Source: an uncultured Planctomycetaceae bacterium
GTDB taxonomy: Bacteria; Planctomycetota; Planctomycetia; Pirellulales; PALSA-1355
Length of the DNA: 64,000 bases
Direction of reading: 5' to 3'
NCBI GenBank assembly: GCA_963785305.1
Contig: CAWAUV010000005.1
Location: 128,001-192,000 of the forward strand
Shown here piece by piece: positions 11,898 to 20,136 of the stretch. The first letter of the stretch is position 1; every line of letters starts with the position of its first letter. A program made the translations under genes and the position numbers. The notes below the pieces were generated by a model. The model did not search any database. It was not told where the DNA came from and saw only the letters and a list, made by a program, of their open reading frames with translations.

Positions 11898-12643
11898 TTA
11901 CCCAACGCGCGCGGCGATCACTCGTTCGCGAGAGGACCCAGCGAGGGAGAAGGCGCCGCGGAAAAGAAGGCGCGAGGCGCGCGGCGGCGGAGATTCGAGC
12001 GTCAGAAAGACGCGCAATGGCTTGCGATTCGCCGCGACGATCGCATCTCCCGAGGCGGTCGTTGCCGCATTCAAGAGCGGTTCGTCTGGTGGAACGATGG
12101 CGGTCGCCAATGTCAACCAGACCGCCGAAAGTCCATGACACTCGAGGGCCCGCAACACGATAAGCGACCCGCGCTTCGGCGATTGCCGCTCGCCGTGCGA
12201 TGTTTTTGCCTCGCCGCGGCATGCGCCCGCGCCGAACAGCAAGAACCGTATTTAGGGCCAGCGTCGAGATGCGCGTGCGAGTCGAGATGCGCGTGCGAGT
12301 CGACCTCGCCCGACGCGTCGTGCTCGGACGCGTCGTGTTCCGAGCAGACTCGGAATTCGGCCGGCGGCTCGACATGGTTGCGTTCGGCCCAGGCGAGCAT
12401 CTGTTCGCGCGTGAAGCAGCAGCAGTGACGCCAGCACTCTTCAGCGCTCTGGCAGCCACAGCTGTGGTGCTGACACGGGAATGGGCGCAGCGATACCTTC
12501 GCGACCGGAATTGGCAAGGGGATGCCAATCAGGCAAATAAGGTAGTTCGCCAGTAATGCCCCGGCTACAAATCGCCGGGCGGTGGGACGCACATCAAACT
12601 CCGAACGGTTCGCGGCACTATATGTCCACGACCCATTCCTCAT
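11898..12643 (-). CDS. Cys/His-rich exported or membrane protein (frameshift near 12150; start uncertain)
   Basis: PFPCQHHSCGCQSAEECWRHCCC, SEHDA and DSHAHL repeats, ECHG and a C-terminal PPPR in the second frame. Confidence 0.7.
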
Positions 12644-12655
12644 CGCAGGACGCTG

Positions 12656-12685
12656 ATTATTGCCAGTCGCATACCCCCATGTCAA
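12656..12685 (-). promoter_or_regulatory. Putative sigma70 promoter of the Cys-rich/DUF1559/PEP-CTERM cassette
   Basis: TTGACA-N18-AATAAT on the minus strand, just outside the left end of the transposon. Confidence 0.45.
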
Positions 12686-12904
12686 GCACCCGCGCGAGCG
12701 GGTAGTGTCCTAAATCTGTGTTGCTGAGGCGCTGGCCGGATCGGACGGCGGCCCCTTCTTCCCGTTCTGGGATTGCCCTAAAATAGCGGCTCGCCTGGCA
12801 GTGCGGCTGATCCCCCGCATTCGGCCTCGGGCGCGATTGCGGCTTTTCCCTAACCTTTGCCGTGGTCGCGCCCTTGGCCCGCCAGCGGTAAAGGTTAGGG
12901 GCGA

Positions 12905-14366
12905 ATGAACAACCAAGCGGTCGCGAAGCTTTGCACTGAGTGGCTGAACGTCTATGACGCGGCGATTTCAGCGAGTCAGGGACGCGGCTACACAATTGCC
13001 CGCCGCCATTTCTCTGAACTGTACGAAACCCTCTGCATCAATGCTAAGCCACTTGTTGGCGAGGCCGCAGCGCGGGGGCTCGGATCGCTGCCGCTGGCGT
13101 CGATTCCGCCACGGCTACCACCGCCTAAGCCATGCAGCCCAGAAGAGAGATGGGCGCGTAGAATCGGCCGCGGAAGTCGTGCGTCTGCTTCTGGCTGCGG
13201 TTGGCGGCGCCAGCCAGAACGCCGCGTCGCCTTCTATGGCTATATCTTGGCCCGCTTATCCTTTTCAAAACTCGATCGATCGTCTTCCTATAGATGACAT
13301 CCGAAGAACGGGCACATTTTCGTCTAGCCCAGCAGTTCTTGCGGCGATGGGGCAGCCTATTATTCCGCCAACCTTAACGCCAGACACCAAAGACTTGGCG
13401 ATTCTCACGTTTCATTACCCGACCGCTATCCCATCCAAGCCGCCGTGGGATGACATCAGGGCTGACCTGCTTGCCGCTGGAATTTCTGTGGCAACCATAA
13501 CGGAGGTCACGAGCCGGGATTTGGTTCGGATGATGGACAGAATTCCGGACAGCAAACCGTCTCTGAAGTCACGCGAAGAAACTAAGCGGTCATTGATAGA
13601 GCTTTTTGACCGTCGCGGGCTTGCGCCATTGGCATATCTTATCGAGGCAGCGTGGAATGTTCGCGAATGGCTTCGGGAGGTCGATTCAGACCACACACTT
13701 GGCCCCGTGCTGAGATTGTTGATGCCAGTGATTCGGCGCCAGGTGGAACTAAATCTGATCGACGCTGAGTTATCCAGCTACGTAACTCTGTTGCCACGCG
13801 GCAACGATCTGACTGCCGCCACGCTAGTTGCCTTCATCGAAAGCCTGGAACTTGCCGGCGGGGCGCGTATCTCGATCCCGTGTGGCCAGCCACCAGAAGA
13901 GGCGCAATGGAGAACTCTTGCTCGTTCACGCGCGATGAGAATCGCAATGCAGGTGATGGACAGGAACGGCAATCAGCTATTCGATTACCAGAATTCTGAG
14001 GATCTTGAAAAAATCGAACGAATGGACCGCGATGTACTCGTCGGTTTATGGCGAGTAATTGAGAGGTTAGAAGAACAGCCTCACGGGAAGAGCGGCAGCA
14101 ACGCTTCCGGAACGCCCCAGGCATCCCCGGGCGCCGTGGAGCATCAATTAGATGAACTTGTTACCCTTGACCAAATCGCGCCTCTCGCCGGCCTATCTAA
14201 GCGTTCGCTTGAGAGGCACCTGAAAGCCGGAAAATTACCGCAGCCCGACGTCCAGGGAGGCGGAGGGCGTGCGCATAAATGGCTATACCGCAGCCTCCGT
14301 CCGGCTTTGATCGCGTTGGCAAACCGGGAATTACCCGAGAAGTTTCCGGGTTCAAGAATTATCTGA
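12905..14366 (+). CDS. Passenger protein with C-terminal AlpA/excisionase-like HTH (probable frameshift near 13075)
   Basis: C-terminus LVTLDQIAPLAGLSKRSLERHLKAGKLPQPD..GGGRAHKW; ORFs 12905-13297 and 12954-14366 likely join. Confidence 0.7.
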
Positions 14367-14492
14367 CCGACAGCTAACCGACAAGCAACGAAAAACCTCC
14401 CTGGTTTCAGGCATTTCTCGTCGGTCATCGACCGACAGCCTGACCGACAGTTCTTTTTTTGAACTTTTTTCGTGTCGGCTTCTGACCGACAA
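14364..14492. promoter_or_regulatory. Cluster of (TG)ACCGACA boxes, putative HTH-binding sites
   Basis: Direct copies near 14364, 14375, 14430, 14441 and 14483; inverted copies near 14420 and 14473. Confidence 0.6.
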
Positions 14493-14548
14493 CTCCGCGC
14501 AACCGCATCCACTGACGCTAAAAACAAAGCGGCGAAAGGAGGTGTGCG

Positions 14549-14575
14549 ATGAGGAGGGATCGCAGCCCGGCGTGA
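14549..14575 (+). CDS. Putative minigene MRRDRSPA
   Basis: GAAAGGAGG-N6-ATG AGG AGG ... TGA. Confidence 0.35.
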   Translation: MRRDRSPA

Positions 14576-14739
14576 GAAGTCGCCGTAGCGTCGGGCGATG
14601 GAGGGCTTCGCGGGCTCGCGTTCTTTGCGGGAGCTGGCCCGCGAAGCCAAGGCGACTTGTAGCTGACGTTCAACCCCATTCCAAGCGGAGCGATTCGGTA
14701 GCAGCCGAATCGCCCGTTGCATCAGAAAGGAGGCATGCC

Positions 14740-14769
14740 GTGCGGTGGTTCCCACGCGAGACAATATGA
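14740..14769 (+). CDS. Putative minigene (M)RWFPRETI
   Basis: GAAAGGAGG-N6-GTG ... ATA TGA. Confidence 0.35.
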   Translation: MRWFPRETI

Positions 14770-14795
14770 CCAACTAGGCCACGGATGGCCGTCGC

Positions 14796-14860
14796 GGGGC
14801 ATCCAGGCGGAATCGTCGCATTATACACGACGAGACCGGGTTCGATTCCCGGATGCTCCA
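14796..14860 (+). ncRNA. D-armless tRNA-like / tmRNA-TLD-like RNA with Ala identity (G3:U70)
   Basis: Acceptor GGGGCAT/ATGCTCC + discriminator A; T-arm CCGGG-TTCGATT-CCCGG; stem TCGTCG/CGACGA with loop CATTATACA; only 10 nt where a D-arm should be. Confidence 0.7.
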
Positions 14861-14861
14861 A

Positions 14862-15035
14862 TTATTTTTTCCGCCGCGCTGCGGCTCGCAACAGAATATC
14901 TCTCGCCCACGTGACCGGCTTGGCGCCATCGGCCAATGCCGCCGCCTCAATAGCTTCTTTCTCCGCGTCCGCCAATGGAATCTTCATGTTGGCGGTCTTA
15001 CGGTCTTCGGCGGGTTTTGGTGGACGCCCTCTCAT
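14862..15035 (-). CDS. Small ribbon-helix-helix/MobC-like DNA-binding protein divergent from the transposase
   Basis: MRGRPPKP.EDRK...KIPL..AEKEAIEAAA..DG..P.TWARDILLRAA. Confidence 0.75.
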   Translation of the reverse strand: MRGRPPKPAEDRKTANMKIPLADAEKEAIEAAALADGAKPVTWARDILLRAAARRKK

Positions 15036-15044
15036 TTCATTAAA

Positions 15045-15113
15045 AATACCCATAGAAAATTCGCTGTCAAGGCGAACAATCCACTTGACGAAACGTATTT
15101 AATATGGGTATAA
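15045..15113. promoter_or_regulatory. Divergent promoter/operator with inverted symmetry
   Basis: ATACCCATA...GTCAAG / CTTGAC...TATGGGTAT inverted arrangement; TTGACG with a downstream TATAAA facing the transposase. Confidence 0.55.
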
Positions 15114-15261
15114 ATAATCTCAGTTGAGACGGCAATCTCAACGAAAAAACCCCGACTCGGCCCGGCAAGGCTGAATCGGGGCGTGAACAAAACCAGGCTT
15201 TCGCCCAATCCGTCCAGACAACTGGATTGTAGCGAGAGCCGCAAAAGAATGCGACTCCGCG

Positions 15262-16290
15262 ATGATGATTGCTTGCGCCCATGCGACCACGAAAAAACAC
15301 GGTCGCGACCGTCACGGCAACCAGCGTTTCCGCTGCCTCAGTTGCGGCAAGACTTGGGTTGAAGTCCAGCCGGTCAAACCGCTCGGCGCCATGTACGTCC
15401 CGGTTCCCGACGCCAAACTGGCGTTGCGGCTGCTGGCGGAAGGAATGTCGATCCGCGCAACCGAGCGCACGACCGGCATTCACCGCGACACGGTTTGTAA
15501 GCTGCTGGTCATGTTCGGCGAAGCCTGCCAGCGCTTCCTTGACCAGCGGATGCGTGGCCTTACGCTGACTCATCTTCAATTCGATGAGCAATGGACCTAC
15601 GTCGCCAAGAAGCAAAGCCGGCTGACGATGAACGAGCGTGAAGAGTCGAGCGAAATCGGCGATATGTACCTTTGGACCTGCATCGACCAAAAAACCAAGT
15701 TGCTGCCCGGCTTTCTGATCGGCAAGCGGAGCGCCGACAACGCGCGCCGCTTTATGAAAGATATCGCCGGCCGACTTGTGTTCCCCAGGCCGCACGCCAG
15801 CGATGCCCACAGCTACCTGAGCGGCGGCTACAAGCCGATCACCCAAATCTCGACTGACGGCTTTGCGGCCTACCCGGAAGCGGTCGATCTCGCGTTCGGT
15901 CCCTACGTCAAGTTCGGTGTCATCATAAAAGAATACCGCAACGCCAGCATGATCTACACGCCGTCGGAAATGGTCGGAACGCAGCGGACAGGGCGCCGCA
16001 ACATAGAGGGCCGCGAGCAGCGGACGATATGCACCAGCCACGTCGAACGCCTGAACGGAACCCAGCGGCTTTTTATGCGGCGGCTGAACCGGCTGACCTA
16101 CTGCTTCTCAAAGAAACTGGAAAACCTGCAAGCGGCTTTCGCGATGTTCGCGGCCTATTACAATTACTGCTGGCAAACCCGGATGCCCGGCAAGAGCGGC
16201 AAAAAGCGGCCCAGCGCGGCGATGATGGCGGGGCTGGCCGGCCACGTCTGGAGTTTTGACGAGTTGTTCGACGCGGTACTGTCGCAGTAG
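15262..16290 (+). CDS. IS1-family DDE transposase (single ORF)
   Basis: C.H....KHGRDRHGNQRFRCLSCGK zinc finger; EGMSIRATERTTG HTH; QFDEQW, STDGF and TSHVERLN DDE motifs; LTYCFSKK. Confidence 0.95.
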   Translation: MMIACAHATTKKHGRDRHGNQRFRCLSCGKTWVEVQPVKPLGAMYVPVPDAKLALRLLAEGMSIRATERTTGIHRDTVCKLLVMFGEACQRFLDQRMRGLTLTHLQFDEQWTYVAKKQSRLTMNEREESSEIGDMYLWTCIDQKTKLLPGFLIGKRSADNARRFMKDIAGRLVFPRPHASDAHSYLSGGYKPITQISTDGFAAYPEAVDLAFGPYVKFGVIIKEYRNASMIYTPSEMVGTQRTGRRNIEGREQRTICTSHVERLNGTQRLFMRRLNRLTYCFSKKLENLQAAFAMFAAYYNYCWQTRMPGKSGKKRPSAAMMAGLAGHVWSFDELFDAVLSQ

Positions 16291-16315
16291 GAACGCGGCA
16301 AGAAAACGCTAAAAT

Positions 16316-16349
16316 GAAAAAGCCACCAGTTGACGCTGGTGGCTTTCCC
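16316..16349 (+). terminator. Bidirectional terminator-like hairpin after the transposase
   Basis: AAAGCCACCAG-TTGACG-CTGGTGGCTTT. Confidence 0.7.
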
Positions 16350-16428
16350 TTTGAGCCAGTAAGGCCCATGCACGGTGACAAGTGCATGGTACGCCTGCCG
16401 GCTTGTTTTTTCAAGCCGGTCGCGCGCG

Positions 16429-17046
16429 ATGGTCAAATGCCAAAACTGTGGATTGCTTGGGCAGCGACACAAGCAAACTCGCGAGGCGGTCGAGGTCGAC
16501 GAACTGACGCGGGAGCGTGGCATGCCCGAGGGTTCTGGGCGCCAGATTCCTGAGCTTCTCTGCTACGGCAATCAATCGCTTCCGGCTGATCCTGGGAACT
16601 TTATCAACGGGATGCGGTGCTCCGAAGATGCCGCGATTGTCTATCGAATAACTCGCGAAATCAACTGCCCAAAATGGACGCAGTACCTACTTGGGAGGTC
16701 GCCGCAGAGGCACGAAGAAATGGGATACGTAGAGCAAATGCAGATCAAGCAAAACGCATTTGAGCAGCGTCAATTACTTGATCGCAAAACTGAAAAGGAA
16801 GAGAACCGGCGCGTTTGCGCAGCGGAGAGGGCAGAAGACAGAGCTACGTCGAACCGTTCGTTCTATTTGGCCATGATCGCTCTTTTTGTATCGTTCATCT
16901 TTTCTTTCCTTGGCCTTGTTGCAACCATTGCGATCAACCGGGATAAGCTTGCGCCGGTCGATTCAACGAAACAAGCAACGCCCGCAATCGCTAATCCCGC
17001 AGCGGAAATGGATGCCCAGCCGGTCGCTCTGCCGCCGAAGCCGTAA
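16429..17046 (+). CDS. Passenger hypothetical membrane protein (N-terminal CxxC, coiled coil, C-terminal TM)
   Basis: MVKCQNCG...; FYLAMIALFVSFIFSFLGLVATIAI. Confidence 0.7.
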   Translation: MVKCQNCGLLGQRHKQTREAVEVDELTRERGMPEGSGRQIPELLCYGNQSLPADPGNFINGMRCSEDAAIVYRITREINCPKWTQYLLGRSPQRHEEMGYVEQMQIKQNAFEQRQLLDRKTEKEENRRVCAAERAEDRATSNRSFYLAMIALFVSFIFSFLGLVATIAINRDKLAPVDSTKQATPAIANPAAEMDAQPVALPPKP

Positions 17047-17084
17047 TTCCAATTTGCTCCGATAATGCTGGAGAATAAATACCC

Positions 17085-17387
17085 ATGCCAAACCGTCGCT
17101 GCGAAGTACCCGGCTGCCGTGCTTACTTGAAGGACGATTATCCGTTTTCAAAGTGCCACTGGCATTTTGTTCCGGGAAGCGGGATCGTGAAGGCAATTTC
17201 CGCGATCGGGTTGTATGTCCTCGGCGCGGGCGGCGCAATCGCCTACCAGAAGATCCGCGACCGGTTCAAGCGAAGCCAAGTCGAAGCAGAGCAAAATGAA
17301 TGGCGCGAGATGGGGGAGCGGATGCGTCAGGCCGACGCTACCCGAGAGGCGGACGATCCAGGCGAATCAAAATCGGCGACTGGATAA
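17085..17387 (+). CDS. Passenger small membrane protein with Cys/His knuckle
   Basis: CEVPGC...CHWH, TM helix, charged tail; ends 15 bp before the right TIR. Confidence 0.7.
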   Translation: MPNRRCEVPGCRAYLKDDYPFSKCHWHFVPGSGIVKAISAIGLYVLGAGGAIAYQKIRDRFKRSQVEAEQNEWREMGERMRQADATREADDPGESKSATG

Positions 17388-17476
17388 CCGGCAGTCCACC
17401 TAGCAACACAGATTTAGGACACTACCCGCGAGCGCAGGCCCGCCGCCCCACCGCTCGCGACCGGACCGCATCGCGC

Positions 17477-18460
17477 CTAGTTTGCCGGCTTGGACGCTGG
17501 CTTCAAGTGTTGGTCGAACCAGTCGAGGGCGAGGGTCCATTCCTTGTGCATTTCGGGCCAACCATGTTGAGCGCCCGGATGCACCACGAGTTTGGCCTCC
17601 ACGCCATTTTTTTGCAGTTTATCGACGACCAACTCCGACTGTTGCATCGGCACGAGCAGGTCCTTGTCGCCGTGAAAGATGAGCGTCGGCGCGTCATCGG
17701 ACGAGACATGCGTGATCGGCGAGATCTGCCGGCCGAGTTCCAGGATGCGGTTTTCATCGGTGATCTTCACGAACTTCTTCGATTTCGGATCGAATTCGTG
17801 GAAGTCGAATGGCGCTTGGTAGTCGATCAGCGTGCCGCGACCGATCGCAATCTCGCCTTCCTTGCCATAGTTCAAAAAATCGGTTGGCGGATAGAAGCAG
17901 GCCACGGCCCGCACGCGGCTCGGCGCCCGATCGACAGGGTCCTTGGCCTCCGGATTTCCATTATCGCCGGCGACGCCCATCATGAGCGACAGATGGCCGC
18001 CGGCCGATGTGCCGCATACGCCCAAGCGATCCGGATCGACTCCATAGTCGTGGGCATGATAGCGAACGAACCGCACCGCTCGGCGCAAGTCGTCGACGCA
18101 CTCGGGTATCGTGAACTTGGGCTGGCTGCCATGCACCACCGCGAACACGGTGTAGCCGCGGTCGGTGAACTGCTTGAACACGAACTTGAGACCGCCCAGG
18201 TCATGCGACGAATGCCATCCGCCGCTCACGATGTAGATAATGCCGAGGCCATTGGCATGTTCCCTCGGCGTGACGACGTCGAGCGTGAGCGCCATGCCGA
18301 ACTTGCGCCGATAGATCACATCTACTTTCTGGGTGTAGGTCGGTTCATCGGCGCGAAGCGTCCGCGGAGCGGCGGTGAAAAAGAGGGACGCGGCGAAAAA
18401 CATGCCCAGGCGCAACATGGGCAGCGCCACCGGCGTCGTGCGCGGCAAGGAAAGATACAT
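17477..18460 (-). CDS. Secreted alpha/beta hydrolase (BD-FAE-like)
   Basis: SGGW, GTSAGGHL, HGDKDLLVP, H.W motifs. Confidence 0.9.
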   Translation of the reverse strand: MYLSLPRTTPVALPMLRLGMFFAASLFFTAAPRTLRADEPTYTQKVDVIYRRKFGMALTLDVVTPREHANGLGIIYIVSGGWHSSHDLGGLKFVFKQFTDRGYTVFAVVHGSQPKFTIPECVDDLRRAVRFVRYHAHDYGVDPDRLGVCGTSAGGHLSLMMGVAGDNGNPEAKDPVDRAPSRVRAVACFYPPTDFLNYGKEGEIAIGRGTLIDYQAPFDFHEFDPKSKKFVKITDENRILELGRQISPITHVSSDDAPTLIFHGDKDLLVPMQQSELVVDKLQKNGVEAKLVVHPGAQHGWPEMHKEWTLALDWFDQHLKPASKPAN

Positions 18461-18710
18461 GGCTCTCGAACTCCAGAAATGAAGGGTCGCCGCGAGGGCG
18501 CTTGAAGCGAGCGGGCGGACACGAAATATCCGACTACGAGAATATGCCGCCGCCCTTCGGTCCGCAAGCATCGCGGCCCGATGAAACCCTCGGGTGAAGG
18601 GCGCCGCGACGCCGATCGGATCGGATTACTTTGCCGTAGCGCCGTTGCACGTCGGCCCGGGAAACCCCTACACTAGGCATTCGACCGCTGAAACCGCGCG
18701 AGGAGAATCC

Positions 18711-20108
18711 ATGGAAAAGGCACACTTCGACGTCGTCGTCATTGGCTCGGGCCCCGGGGGCGAAGGCGCCGCCATGCAAGCGGCCAAGGAGCGTAAGACG
18801 GTCGGCATCGTCGAACGCTTCGGCAAGCCCGGCGGCGGCTGCACCCACTGGGGCACGATTCCCAGCAAGGCGCTCCGCTACGCGATCCACCAGATGACCG
18901 AAATGAACTCGAACCCGCTCTTGCGCGAGGCGGGCATCAGCCTCAATTTCCAGTTTCCCGACATGCCGCCGCTCGGCCCGCCGCGTGATCGAGCAGCAAG
19001 TCGACATGCGCCGCAATTTTTACGATCGCAATCGAGTGCCGATTTTTCGCGGCCAGGCGTGCTTTCTCGACGAGCACACGGTCGATGTGATGCAAGACGA
19101 CGTGGTCGTGAAACGCATCTCGGCCGATCATTTCGTGATCGCCACCGGCTCGCGGCCTTATCGTCCGGCGGATATCGATTTCCGCCACCCGTGCATCTTC
19201 GATAGCGACACGATCCTCGACCTTTCGTTCACTCCCCAGTCGATCACGATCTACGGCGCCGGCGTGATCGGCTGCGAATACACGTCGATGTTTCGCAACC
19301 TGGGCTGCAAGGTGAACCTCGTGAATACGCGCGACAAGCTGCTCGAATTTCTCGACGACGAAATCATCGACGCCCTGGCGTACCATATGCGCGAGCGCGG
19401 CGTGCTCATTCGCCACGGCGAAAGCTGCGAGCGAGTCGAGGGCGCGACGATGGCGTGGTGCTGCACCTAAACTCCGGCAAGCAGTTCAAGACCGACGCGA
19501 TCCTCTTCGCCAACGGCCGCACCGGCAATTCCGATGGCCTCGGCCTCGAAAAAATCGGCATCGAGCCCAACCGCCGCGGGCATATCGAGGTCAATGACTA
19601 TTATCAGACTCGCTTGCCGCATATCTACGCGGTGGGCGATGTGATCGGAATGCCATCGCTCGCCAGCGCCGCCTATAGCCAGGGTCGCATGGCCGCCCGG
19701 CACTTGTTCAATTCCGAAATGGAAGCGATGCCGGTGCGCGATGTGCCCACCGGCATTTACACCAGTCCCGAAATCAGCTCGATCGGCCACACCGAACGCG
19801 AGCTCACCGAGAAGAAGATTCCCTACGAAGTCGGCCACTCGCTCTTCAAGAGCCTGGCCCGGGCCCAAATCCTCGGCCGAACCGCGGGCATGCTCAAGAT
19901 ATTATTCCATCGCGAGACGCTCGAGATCTTGGGCATTCACTGCTTCGGCTCGGGCGCGTCGGAGATCATTCACATCGGTCAGGCGATCATGTCGCAGCCG
20001 GGCCGGGCGAATTCGTTGATGTATTTCATCAACACCACGTTTAACTACCCGACGATGGCGGAAGCCTACCGAGTGGCGGCGCTCAACGGCTACAACCGAC
20101 TGTTTTGA
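18711..20108 (+). CDS. sthA: Soluble pyridine nucleotide transhydrogenase (two frameshifts)
   Basis: [60 protein letters not shown]. Confidence 0.95.
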
Positions 20109-20136
20109 GAAGCCGTTAATTCGAGAAGCGGCTGTT

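Larger units (their letters stand above)
12701..17426 (+). mobile_element. IS1-family cargo transposon (4726 bp) with passenger genes
   Basis: Perfect 25-bp TIRs GGTAGTGTCCTAAATCTGTGTTGCT (12701-12725 / 17402-17426); 8-bp TSD CGCGAGCG (12693-12700, 17427-17434); internal IS1 transposase; passengers are visibly lower in GC. Confidence 0.95.

Noticed and set aside
14542..14769. 75-aa ORF spanning the structured cassette
   Set aside because: Its start overlaps the SD motif, the composition is low-information Arg/Ser-rich, and it is better explained by RNA structure plus minigenes.
14796..14860. Canonical tRNA gene or integrase att site
   Set aside because: No D-stem, acceptor identity (Ala) disagrees with the apparent anticodon, there is no integrase, and it lies inside the element rather than at its boundary.
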